Below, one piece after another: positions 10,887-22,900 of a stretch of DNA of 64,000 nt. Source of the stretch: Stegostoma tigrinum (Eukaryota); assembly GCF_030684315.1 (NCBI RefSeq), contig NC_081384.1, positions 4,073,829-4,137,828 of the forward strand, read 5' to 3'. Position 1 is the first letter of the stretch; the number at the start of each line of letters is the position of its first letter. Both the position numbers and the translations under genes were made by a program. Under the pieces are notes generated by a model, which saw nothing but the letters and a program-made list of their open reading frames with translations, did not search any database and was not told the origin of the DNA.

Positions 10887-13873
10887 CTCGCAGTTTCCCA
10901 ATATTTATTTCACAAACTGTCAGGGTCCTGACACCCTTATCGAATAACATTGGCACCCCAATTCACGTGACGTTCTCTTCCAATAGCCTCCTGGCAGTTG
11001 ACCTAAGGTTAGAAGAACCACAGAATAATAGTGGAACGTGTGTGAATCCATCTTACATACTCAAAAGCAAATGACATGAATAGCGTTCACCAAACAAGCA
11101 CAGCAGATGCCATGGCCAGTCTTGATTCATGGTTATTTTGGACGGGAGAGGAGGACACGTAAAAACACACACACTCTCACTTGCACTCAGTCCTAGAAGA
11201 AAACTAAAAAAAAAGCACATAGCCATCTGCAAAACTATTTTAATAGAGATCAGATTCAGCATTAGCTCACTGCTAAATTCTTTTGGTTTAGGCAATGTTC
11301 CAAAAATGATAATTATTTATGAAAAAAAAACTTCATTCGAACTCGGTTTTGGTATCTTGACAGGCAGTTACATAAACTTTCACAATGAGTTCAGTTAAAA
11401 TACGCACCAAACATCGTTACATTTCATTTCATTGCCCCTTGCTTGATTAATTGTCATGCTGTCAATATTCTAGATTAAAAATCTGACCTACCGCTTAAAA
11501 TTAGGTTTACATCTATTGTTATAAAGCGGAGCTGCCAAGGTATCAACATTTATAAATGTACAGCGTTCAAGGCGGGATGAGATTTCCCCTGAAAACATCT
11601 GGTTTAAATAGAAGGAAACTTATGGATGTTTCAGTAGCTATGTATTCAAACGCTAATCTGAAACATACTTTTATAGTCACCATAATTTCTTGTTTAATGT
11701 CGCAATCTAGAATTTATATCTCTTAACTCCATTACTGTTAAGCAGCACCGATGAAATGAGAAGCAACATGGGAAAAAAACACACAATGAAATACTGCTGC
11801 TAAACAATAAAACGTGCTCATTTTATATACATAGGCATTAGAGTTTATTAACCATTTGAGTCAACTGTTTTCTGAAAATGCACACGTATCTATTTAATGT
11901 GGCTGTTTATAGCGTGTTCCTTTGCCATGATGATGGTGAGGAAGTAAGTGATTTTGTTCCTATCTCTGTGTGTCCATGTGTAAACTGGATATGTTTTTGG
12001 AAGTCTCATGGCTTGGCCTTCCGGCAATATTTTCGGGCCTTTTTCCTCTTCCCCGCCACAGTCTTAACTATTCATGATGAATCGGCAAAGTATTTCAAAC
12101 CTGAAATACAAGAGGTTGTATTCTGCATGACCAGCATTTGAACCTCTCTCTTAACCAAGGAACAAAAAGATAATAGGTGCTGTCTTGGAAGGTGCTCTAT
12201 AATTTGATGTATGAGGGCTCAGCGGACCAATAAAGATTTTTTGGGGGTTAAAAAAAAGTGCAAGGACTCCCGGAGCGGCTCGAACGCGGAGAGTCAACGG
12301 TGCAGATTGGCCGCATAATCCTCACATTGCTAAAATGTGCAGAGATTCCTTGTCTGCTCCACACTCGCACCTTATTTTCCTGTTTGTATTTGAAGTACAT
12401 TTTCAGGTTGACACTTTTTAAATGATCAGAAACGCCTGCCACATTTGTAAACATTGCAGTGCAAAGCCGGCGAGCATGTACGGGAACCGGCCGGTTCTAC
12501 ACAAAACTTGCACGGTTTCTACCCCTCTCCCTCCCACTCCTCTTTCTGTATAACTAATCATGCCGAAACATCAATGTTGGTATTTGGCATTGCCTAAAGA
12601 TATGTGAAGTCAAATATTCGAATCAAGTTAAGCAGCACGCAATCACCCTATGTGTTCGAAGCAGCACTGTACTTCTCAGCCATGTTAGGTGTGACTTAAT
12701 TTTTTAAATGACCCTCAATCTTTTTGCAATTTAAATCGGCGGAATATTCGCTTGTCAGACGATTCGGTGTTGGAATACATTATAAAATGTGCTTTTGTGA
12801 AAGAAGGAATTAAAATAAGTTCGCAAATTCATTTTTTGCTTGTGAAATATTTATTACGTTCTGGCGTTTTGCGTTAAAATTCTGTTTAACGTCTTGGGGA
12901 TAAACTATCCAAGTAGCAGGGTTGAAAATGTATTTAAAAATCAAACAAAGCATTCAAGAGAATACACCGACCTGGAAGAAACAAACGGCATGGGGATATT
13001 ACAAAATGAAACTCCGTCATCACGGACTACCTGCTTCCAAATATATACATTCAAATGATAAAATCGAAATGCGAAACATTACATTTCTATTTATTCGCAC
13101 TTCGGGAGGATTGTCGGATATGATCATTTTTACTTTAAGAGAGGGCCATTATAATTCTTTATAATTTGATGATAAAATACATGGTGAAATTTCAGCCTTT
13201 GCGTTCAAAGCCGGCAGAGCAATATTCTTCCATCGCTCATCAACAGTGAGAAAGGGCGAAATGTTTTATTTAGCTAAGCATGCACACAAAATAATAAATT
13301 CGAACCAAAATGACCCGCCTTCAGCCGGGTGGTACGGAAGCACGGAATGAAACCCTAGGCTGTAACGGAGTTTAAGCGAGCCAATAAAACTGGATTTTTA
13401 CAGCAAAATCCAGTAATGTTTCCATTTGAAATGATGATCCGAAAAATATAGAAAGGGCCAGCAAAGTCAGGCGTGCTCCAGTCGCTGGTTGCCACCATGT
13501 TTCGGCGAAACACAGAGGCTGGAAGAGTTATATCTTGAGATTTTACTCTCCACAATCCCGACACGCTGTACCTGCGGGCCTCAAGTAATTACAGAGCTAA
13601 ACAAGCGAAGGGATATTTGATTGCCCAAAATGTGTTAAATGTTCAGAAAACATGCATCCTAGCTAATGGGACAACAATAGGGGAAGTCGTCATACACCTT
13701 AAATTATAGAGCACCGTAAGACGTCCACGTAAATATATCTTAAGTCACAACTGAGAGCTTAGTTTTGAAAAATGCTCCAAATTAGCCCCCCAAAAAAGGC
13801 CCAAGGAACGGGCTCCGTGTTGAATTCAGATGCAATGTGAAACAGTCGCTGCGTGAAAGGAAGCTATAGCTTG

Positions 13874-13918
13874 TGAACTCTTCTTGAACCGAGATTGAAG
13901 TCATATGGTCATAAATCA
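13874..13918 (-). promoter_or_regulatory. Hox3 DR5 retinoic-acid response element with adjacent Hox/Pbx site
   Basis: GGTTCA-AGAAG-AGTTCA (13874-13890) is a perfect DR5. TGATTTATGA (plus strand TCATAAATCA, 13909-13918) lies next to it. Confidence 0.85.
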
Positions 13919-16900
13919 CTGGGACATATACTCCGCCATTCACGAGTGATAGCCTATTTGAGTCCAGCTTACCTTAGCCACTGACGATAGAAGCAGAGCA
14001 AGACATAATATTTCAGATTCACCACGCAATCGATAAGCAGGAGTTCCCAAATTCTTTTATATACATATAAAAAAGGAAGGATAAAACAGCTGGTATGGCG
14101 CTGAAATTCACTCGTTGAAGGCAACGGCAAAGAAAGGCGAGATGGTACAGCTTCAAAGAACTGTAGAAAGCTCAAGGCTTGAATGGACAGCCCTGATATT
14201 ATTGAGCCCTAGACTGGTACGCCCTACTCACAGATAACAATGGTTTCTCAGCTTTGCAGGGCAGAGTGAACTAGAAAGGAAACCCATATATTCGGTATGT
14301 TTGTTATGAATACGTATATATATTAGAAGCACGGTTTAAGGGAAAAAACGATTTCTTTCTTGAGTGCTGGGCAGGCAACGAGTGTTAATCCCCTCGAAAC
14401 ACAGCGTCACAAGTGAAAAATTATGCTAATTAGCGACGTGGTGGACAAGGCCTAGACTGAGATGGCAAGCTCGCTGTTTGTTTCACGTGTTTGGCAATTA
14501 AGTGTAAGCATATGCTATTATATTTTTCGCGTAAAGTGAAGGCTTTAACCATTCAAAATAATATTACGGGAACCTATTATAATAATAAGCCGAAGTTCTC
14601 ATTGCAGAACTCAACGGAGAATTATATTCCGTTCTACCCGTCTTGTTTTTTGAACTCGTGGACCGAATCATTAATTAATAATGTATTCTTGTTATTTTTT
14701 TTAAAAAGGCTGGAGTGTCCGACTGGGTGCGGCAGAAAAAGAAAAGAAAATGGACGCAGCCTATATTATGAGGGTCGGCCGGGGAGTGCGGGGGTGGTGG
14801 GGTGGGGGCGAGTAGGTAAGCGGTGCGTGGGGGGGGGGCGCAATAGATGAGGTAATTTTGTCGTATTGAATATGTAGTAATAGACAAGGTGCAACAGTCG
14901 CTCTCTAAACTTTTAATGTCAGCTGTGTGCTGCACTTGCTCGGACACAAGGTGTTTTTTCAATAAAAGAAGAATGCCCTTTTAAAAATGGAGCGAGATAA
15001 AGAATTGTCACTCGAGTGAAAGCCAATGAAAAAAAAGAATTTGGAACTTAAGCTTTTTTTAATGCATGCCGCTGCTTCTGTCGTTTATGGCTACGTAAGA
15101 TTTATGACTTCATGGCACCAGAGCTGTAAACAGTGTAAAAGGGATAGATGTTGCACGAGGTTAGGTATATGAAAGGGGATCCTGAAGGGCGTAGGAGGAA
15201 GACCGGCGAAAAATTCCGCAACTCTGCAACTTTCAATAAGCTTTCATACTATGCTGCGTTTATTTTGCCAAGTTTGTCCTTTTTTTGGGGGGGCGGCGGC
15301 GTGTGGGGGGTGGGGAGAATGAAGTGGGTAGAGGTTAAAGAAGCAACTCAGAAGTCCGTGGCCTTCATTAGGTGAATACTTCACATCTATTTGGATTGAG
15401 TGAGGAGACGAACGGATTGATTTTCATTAACGTGCAGTGATTTTTTTACAACGCAGCGATCAACTGCCAAAGGAGTCACTCCATAAAGTGAGCATAAATT
15501 CGTGCCGTTAAAAAAATGCTCCTTTTGCCTATAAGTAAAACAGCTCAAAGAACTTTAGACACTTCTGTACATTATTTTCAATCGTGACTTGGCTGAATAA
15601 ACAACTTTGCAACTTCCCAACTTCTTTTGAGTGAACAATTTTCGGTAATTACATTTTCTTGAACCAATTATTTTGCCTGTGATCTACTTCTGCGTCTGGG
15701 AAAGGAGTCAGTTTCAACAATGGATATTTTAAAAGAAATACTGTTCAAGATGGAAACCACAACTTTACCAATTTCGAAATTCAGGGATTCTAAATTAAAA
15801 TCTCACGTGGTGGTAAGACATTTTACTTGAACATGCCGACGCAATGTCGGAAGTTGCCTATTATTCTTGTGGAACAAATTATTCCAGATTATTGTCAAAC
15901 AAAATATCTGAATTATTCTTAATCGGATTTCTAGCAAAAACATCAATTGGGAATTTGGAACGCCATAATAGGACGTGATATAACTTGAACAATGTGCACA
16001 ATATATACCTTGAAATAGTGTAGTTTATTTAATGCTAACTCAATTGGTCCATCTACCTTCTATCTTTTTCTATCTGATAGAGAAGTAGAACATTGAATTC
16101 TGGGAAATGGGTCAGGTATAGAATGAATATAATCTGACTTACCGTCGTAGTGCTGCTAGCTCTCGATCCAAGGTGCAGCTGCTGAAGGGGTCTTTATAAA
16201 GAACCAAGGCTGCAAAAAAAAAGAAAAAGACAAACCTTCGATCAAGTAAACTGTTACAAAATCGAATTCGTTGTGCACAACCTGTGAAGAAATCGACAGT
16301 GAAGTGTATTCGAGCAAGTGATAGCAAGAATCATCTAATACTGGAACGTCAGGAATCAGGATAGAATTTGCATTAGTAATAATGTATTAGAAATGGCAAC
16401 GTAATGTACTCACTTATAAACATTAATTGTCAATGCTTTAATTTATATATTTACATGTTATATGTATATTGGTCCGCTCACCCAACCAATATTTTGACAC
16501 TTTTAATTGAAATAATACGCGGTGTGTATTTTTGAAATTGCTTTGTAAATCTATTTGAGCTTAATCATTGTGTTTCGTACATTTTTTTGTGGAATTCTTT
16601 CCGAAAGTGGTCAATAAATTAAATCTTTGCCACCCTAAACCACTTAATTGCCTGATTTTATTATCTCCTTACTATTGCTTGCCAATCTTTAGTTCAAAAC
16701 ACATGGCAGTTAGTCAGTTTTATACACCATTTGGATTAAACAGGCACTAATTCAACTTTGGACTTTCAACAAACAATGAAAATTATATTAATACATACTT
16801 GTAAAGTATTTGCATTGCCCAAATGTATGTTTGCTATTTACTTTGAACAACCAATCAAAATTAGAATCACTGCGTTGAATTATTGAAAATTTAGTTTCTT

Positions 16901-19900
16901 GTTTTAAAATCGATGATTTCATTATAACCAAGTTCTCTTACATTGTAATAAAAGGTAAAGTGAGGAAGCTGATGTCTTTAATAATGAAAATTGCTACGTT
17001 CTATCTTATGGTTCTGCTATTGGTCCCGAGTAAAATATTCGTTACACTTTACCCCCAAAATTTATCAATTCCGGAAAGACAAAACACACAATGAGTTCTG
17101 ACCTCCTGGAATAAAACACTTCCTTACGTCCGAAAGCGGCAACAGTTACGCATGTTGAATCTTTAACTTTTCTTATCGAATGAATTAAATTGTAGATATT
17201 TTAAAGGGTTAAAGACAAAGGGGAGAAATGGAAAAGTAATATTCTTCGTGAAATCTTAATAATAAAGGTTACGCACTTATTTGTGACTAGACGCCGGCAG
17301 TGCAGCAGAACAAAGGATTAAAAAACGGGGCGCGGGTTACTGCTAGGATTCACCTGCTAGCTTTAATAAACAGAAGGCTTCTGTGTTTTCATACAAAATC
17401 TTAAAATAAGTCGAATTATACATTTATGTTAACTTTAATGGATTTTCGAGATATTTATTCGTCGGCATGGTTCGATTCCTGGGACAAATGCAATCGAAAA
17501 GGCTTAGTTCCTTGCTGCGGACTGCTAAACTCATAAATTATTTACCTTGTCTGGAAAACAAATGTTCATGAATCATTGGTTGTCATAATCGGCAATGATT
17601 AAAATTCGTTTTTTTTGTTTGCTAAATTAACATGAAGGCGTCTAAAGGAAAAAGAAGACGAAGAAGAGCGTTGATATCGATGCATGGAGAAGGATCTGAA
17701 TTAGGACTCCTGAAATCATATACAGACCCACACACGCGCATTCATAGTTGAGTAAAATACATTGAGAATTATTCTTCCAGTGAGCTAATTTACAGTCGTT
17801 CAGTACCAGGAGGACATTTAAACATTTGCATTTGGGCTAAGTGGATAAAAAAGGGAAAAGAAATAAAATATGACTTGGCTCATTGTGACACATATAAGCC
17901 TCTCTCTGAATGACCTTTCCTTGAATAGTAATAACTCACCACATTAATGATCAATCAGCGGGAGGGTTTGAAATGTGTCCAAAATAACAATCCGTCCCAC
18001 TATCCCAGGCTTTCTCTGCGATCGCATATAATCCTTTTATAAGAGATATTGGACGGCATACATATCTTCCCCCTGACCCGATTTGTTTTTTAAATGGCCT
18101 GCTGTAAATAATCAGAGTACTGACTGGGTGATCACAGCCCGGAGACACAGGCGAAGGCCTTCCATCCAAATGCCAGAGTAAATGCGCTTGGATTATGCAT
18201 TCACGTGGTCAGTACGTCAACGTTTCCCCATTTTATACAGACTTTAGCAATTGTTAATTGAACCCTTCTTTTTGTTCATGATCGTTGAAATTTGGGCATT
18301 TCAAAAACTTCTAGTGGATGACGAGGGGCCCTCCACGTTCTTATTCTTTTCGTAGAAGCTGTTTGCAAAGGTAGGGCGTTACTTAAATAGAAATGAAAAT
18401 AAGTTCATATAATTAGCTTCTTCGAAGAACACAAGGTCAGGAGAAGTAGAGATTGAGTAACTTTTGTGTTTTTTAAAACTTCTTCAGCCTCTCTGCTGAA
18501 GTAAAGCGGCAATTTGATTCTTTTTAGCAAGCATGGGACGCCTGTTTTGGATCAGGACAGATAATATGTGGACTCCCCAGTCTTGTTTTGTAGAACACTT
18601 GAGAAAGTGGGCTTGGTTTACACCCACGCACGGTCTGTCAAAGTAATGTGGGACTCCAAAATTAAACGCCTTATTTATTCTCAACAAGCAAAGAATTTGT
18701 TCACAGCCCTCCGCATTCTTAAGCAAGGTAGTATTATATCCAACAGCAAAGTTAGCAACATATCTTTGATTTAAGGAAGTCTTATACATTCTCATTCGGC
18801 ATACTTAGAGTAAAGTTACATGAAAAGTTAACTATTTTCACATAAATCACAGTGAAATATATGAAACCGTCGTAAAACATGTATTATATGCGTGTTATTT
18901 TAATATAAAATATACAGTATTATGGTATGTGCATTTTTTTCGAACATTTCTATTTGACGCTCTGATTTAGGTAAATGTTATTTGAAATCAAAATGTGGCT
19001 TAAAGTAAGAGCTATTAATCAAATTGCCATTTACAAGCACGTTATACATTCTTTGGAATGGGCTCACGCGTCGTACTTTACGCCGTTCTATTAAACGTAG
19101 AAGATAAAGATATCGCTTTCCTTAGATAATGTGTTCTCTAATATACATGCACGCTTTTTTTAACATATAAAAGTGAATGCCAGCCGTGCAAAACACGTTG
19201 CATAATGTACACTGGCACGTTTCCAAATGTACCTTTTCATCTGACCTATTAATGCATAACTTGTGTTTAATGTGACATTTGACCTGTAGCACGGTGACGT
19301 GCTACAGCGGTTTGTGCTCTGCAACTTGCCTTGTATCACTGGCCTTTCATTTTACTACTCAAACGGCCGAGAAATTAACGTAAACTTAAAACTGACAAAC
19401 TAAGACAAATAAAGATATTGATTTAAATTAACGAGAACGATAATAGGGGGAGAGTAGATTGGGGAGGGGGGGGGGCGCAGTGTTAGTGGTTGAGATGCCT
19501 GGCATGAGTCAAAGGGAGATCAATAGGGTTACTGTACAACTGGAACAGAGGGTCTTTGATCTACGACGCTGAGCAGAATTGCAGTGACAAACTCTACGCC
19601 TAGCTTGCAAGATAATGCAAGGAAAGTGTCTGTGCTACAAGAAGGAGTTAATTTTTAGTAAGGATGACTTTAATGTTATTGTCCTTTAACTAAATAATTT
19701 GCAACCCAGAACGTAAAAAGAACACTTTGGAATCTACAACTGTGTTTGCAGCCAGTAGGAAAACAAAATGAAATAATATTCGAGTTTTCCATTTGGATTT
19801 CATTTCAGAAAAAAAGAGAAACCTCTGCTGTAAAATAGTTAGTTCTGTTAACGTGCCAAAAACGATAAAATTCGACTTGATTATTCCTAGATCCATTCTG

Positions 19901-22900
19901 ATGCCTGCAGTACTAACTATCTGCCTCAGCATACGAAACAATTGGTACATTTTCATTTCGCCTGAGGCTGGCTACAGCATATAAAAATGATTTGTTAAAA
20001 ATGGAGAGGAATTTAATGCAAACCCATTTTCCGCTAACATCAAACGTCGCCTTATCGCTAGCCGTCTATCTGGCTACGAATGCCTAAGGAAATGAAAACC
20101 TATTAAAACGCTTTCCGTTTAACAGAACGTTGTACTCCCATGAATTAGAAAATGTTCCAGTAATTTTTTTCGTCCAACTTTAAGGTGGTGGACCCTTTAC
20201 CAGAACCGCTTTCTTGTGTATTCCAGATTAATGATTATATTCTCGAGTGTTGAGTAATGTAGAATTTTTTTTCTCGGAATAAATACAGGGATGTAGCAAG
20301 TCGGCAAAGTTGAAAGAAGTGATGTGTTTATCTCTCTCTGTCTCTCTTTTTCTCAAGGTTTCGAGGAAAATGCCAAGAGATTGAGTTGAGGAAGTTTAGC
20401 GGTCAACACTGGATGGACCTCAAATTGGAAACTTTCAAATTATAATAGGTAAACACTACTTACCCAGGTCATAAATCATGTGTACATTCATCTTTAGGAT
20501 AACACCCTACCTAAAAATGCTTTTGAAGTTTCTTGCACGAATTCGGAGGTGTCAAAGACCATCAAAGGTAGATCCAAACCAAACGTTTAATTGTTTGTTA
20601 GATCTTTAGGATGTTTGAAGAGGAAAAGAATTTTCAGAAGAAATCTTCATGGCCCCCTTGGAAAATAGCACTTTTGGTTGGGGGGGGAGGCGCTGGTGAT
20701 GGGATGATGTGTGTGAGGGGTGGGGGAGTTGGTTGCCTGGTGTGGGAGAGGCCACGTCTGTCTTAATCCGTTACACACAAAAAGTCAGCAATAGTTCACG
20801 GAAACCAACCGGGGACCTTTCTTTCAGGTCAAGCTATGGGCCATTAATTATACCCAGCTTGGAATTCAGAGCTGCAGAGGAGAAAAAATGTTTAAACTGC
20901 AGTTTACTTGGTTCGTTTACCTGTTGGATTGTAGCAATGGAACTTGGAAAGCGATCACTGAATTTGGTCTTTCATCACAGGTGGTGGAGCTCAGTTGTAC
21001 CCCCACGGGAGGAAAATATTTATTGGACCCTGGTGGATTTGAAAGAAATGCCTTCTGGAAGATCTCGGGAGCGTCATCGAAAGATGCATGGGTTCGCTTG
21101 ACAGGAATGGATTCAATAGCAGTTGGACTGCGAAGTTGCAAACGGCCGGTTCCCAACTAGCCTTATACGTGAACGGACTTCCTGCAAAATCTGAGTAGTT
21201 TACTTATAGTCGGAAGCTTAATTCTGCACATGCTGTTAAAAAATATCTAGTACACATTAATGTACACTGAACGCGATTTAAGGTTTAGGCTACTGTCAAG
21301 ATATAGGCCAGAATGGTAAACAGAAGGTGAAATATAGATGTGTGTAACGTGTCCAATAGGAACTGGTCTGGTGTATGGATGTCAGAAATTGCTGAGAATA
21401 CGCAGAACGCCATTAGCGGACTCCTTTCAAATATCGGATCCGCCAGCTAAATATGCTGTGATATTTAACAGCGGGAGACAGTGAGTAAGAGATGCAGAAA
21501 TAGAGTGAAAGAAACTTACGCAGAATAGAAAGAAAAAGTAAAAAGCAATAGTGAAAAAAATTCAAGCCAAAAACAATGCTACTTCTTGAGCTCATTGCTA
21601 CGGTCTCACTATGTCAATTTCCTAACAATGTCTATGTGATTTATAAAATGATTACAATCATTACTTTCAAGCAAATAAACCTCAAATCTCTACGGAGTGC
21701 GAACAGGGCATCACCTTATCCTATTTTTGTTCCTCCAGTTGCAACAATTTCGGACAATTGCTCCTTAGAGACCGACCACATTTCAACACAAAGGAATGGG
21801 GGGAAAGAACATGGAAAATTTGGCACAAAAAAACCATTAGCTTTTTGGTGATTTGACGCTTTCACTGAACAGAAGAAAAAGATCAAAAATCGCCATCGTT
21901 TGCAACAGAGAAATCTACACTACTGGAACCATGAAGTAAATTGTATCTCACAATTAGGTTCGTTTTGTATTATCAGGGAAGGGTCAAGGGTTATAGTTAT
22001 TACATTTTCACTTTTCTAATAGCCAGTCTGGGAGCATAGAACAGCATCAATATAATTTATTACCTTGTCTTTACTGGAGCTAATTTTATCGGCTATTGAG
22101 AGGCGTTGAAACACCATGAGCTGCAAAGTCAGGAACTTTACATATCTACTGCAATACTGATCGGTTAATTATATATCCTTTATGTAAGAAACTACGTGAA
22201 ATTCTATTGAACAAATATTGTTCACTTAGCTTCGCAATTTTTGTCGGATGCTGCATCAGGTTTTCATATTTTACTTTACTAAAGATCAGCAGCGAAATGA
22301 TGCATGTTTATAGAATTTTACATGTGTTTGATGATCTTATTGTCTGTCTTATCCATTCTTGATTTTAAATTTCAATTTAACACATTTTGCAATACTGTTC
22401 TATGCAATGAACGAAATATAAATTCTTTAACGTTTTGATTATTTTGAAAAAGGCGAATTGTTTATAAACTGTAGGTTTAGTTAGTTTCATTTCGTTTCCT
22501 ATCATCGTGCATATATTAGGAAATGTAAATACATTGCCATCCTCACCTACTCTTCTACGCACTGTCCCAGACATAATCGCTTCTACTGAAAATATCAGTA
22601 TCTTTTTCCCCATAATTTTAAACAGCCACATACAGGCTAGCACAATATATTAACAGGAAGAAGAGACATGATTTATTATGAGGAGTATAATTACCTGTAC
22701 ATTAAATAGCCATCTTGTAAGAGCAACGGCTATTCTGGGAGTAGGAAGGAATATTTCCTTATAACCTCCTAATATATTAACATTCCGTTAAAAGGATTTT
22801 ATTTGAAGTATATCTGTTCAATTTGAAGGATGTAAATGAACGATGTAGATAAGGGAGATAGCAAACCAATTATGAAATGAGACATCATAAATAAATCTTA

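Noticed and set aside
10887-11002. In-frame HoxB4 exon 1 to HoxB3 fusion protein via the 11002 acceptor
   Set aside because: The phase matches HoxB3, but in-frame TGA and TAA stops occur before the HoxB3 ATG, so no fusion protein.
20709-21160. Three overlapping ORFs of 79-130 aa between HoxB3 and HoxB4
   Set aside because: No recognisable protein motif; explained by locally higher GC. No supportable splice structure.
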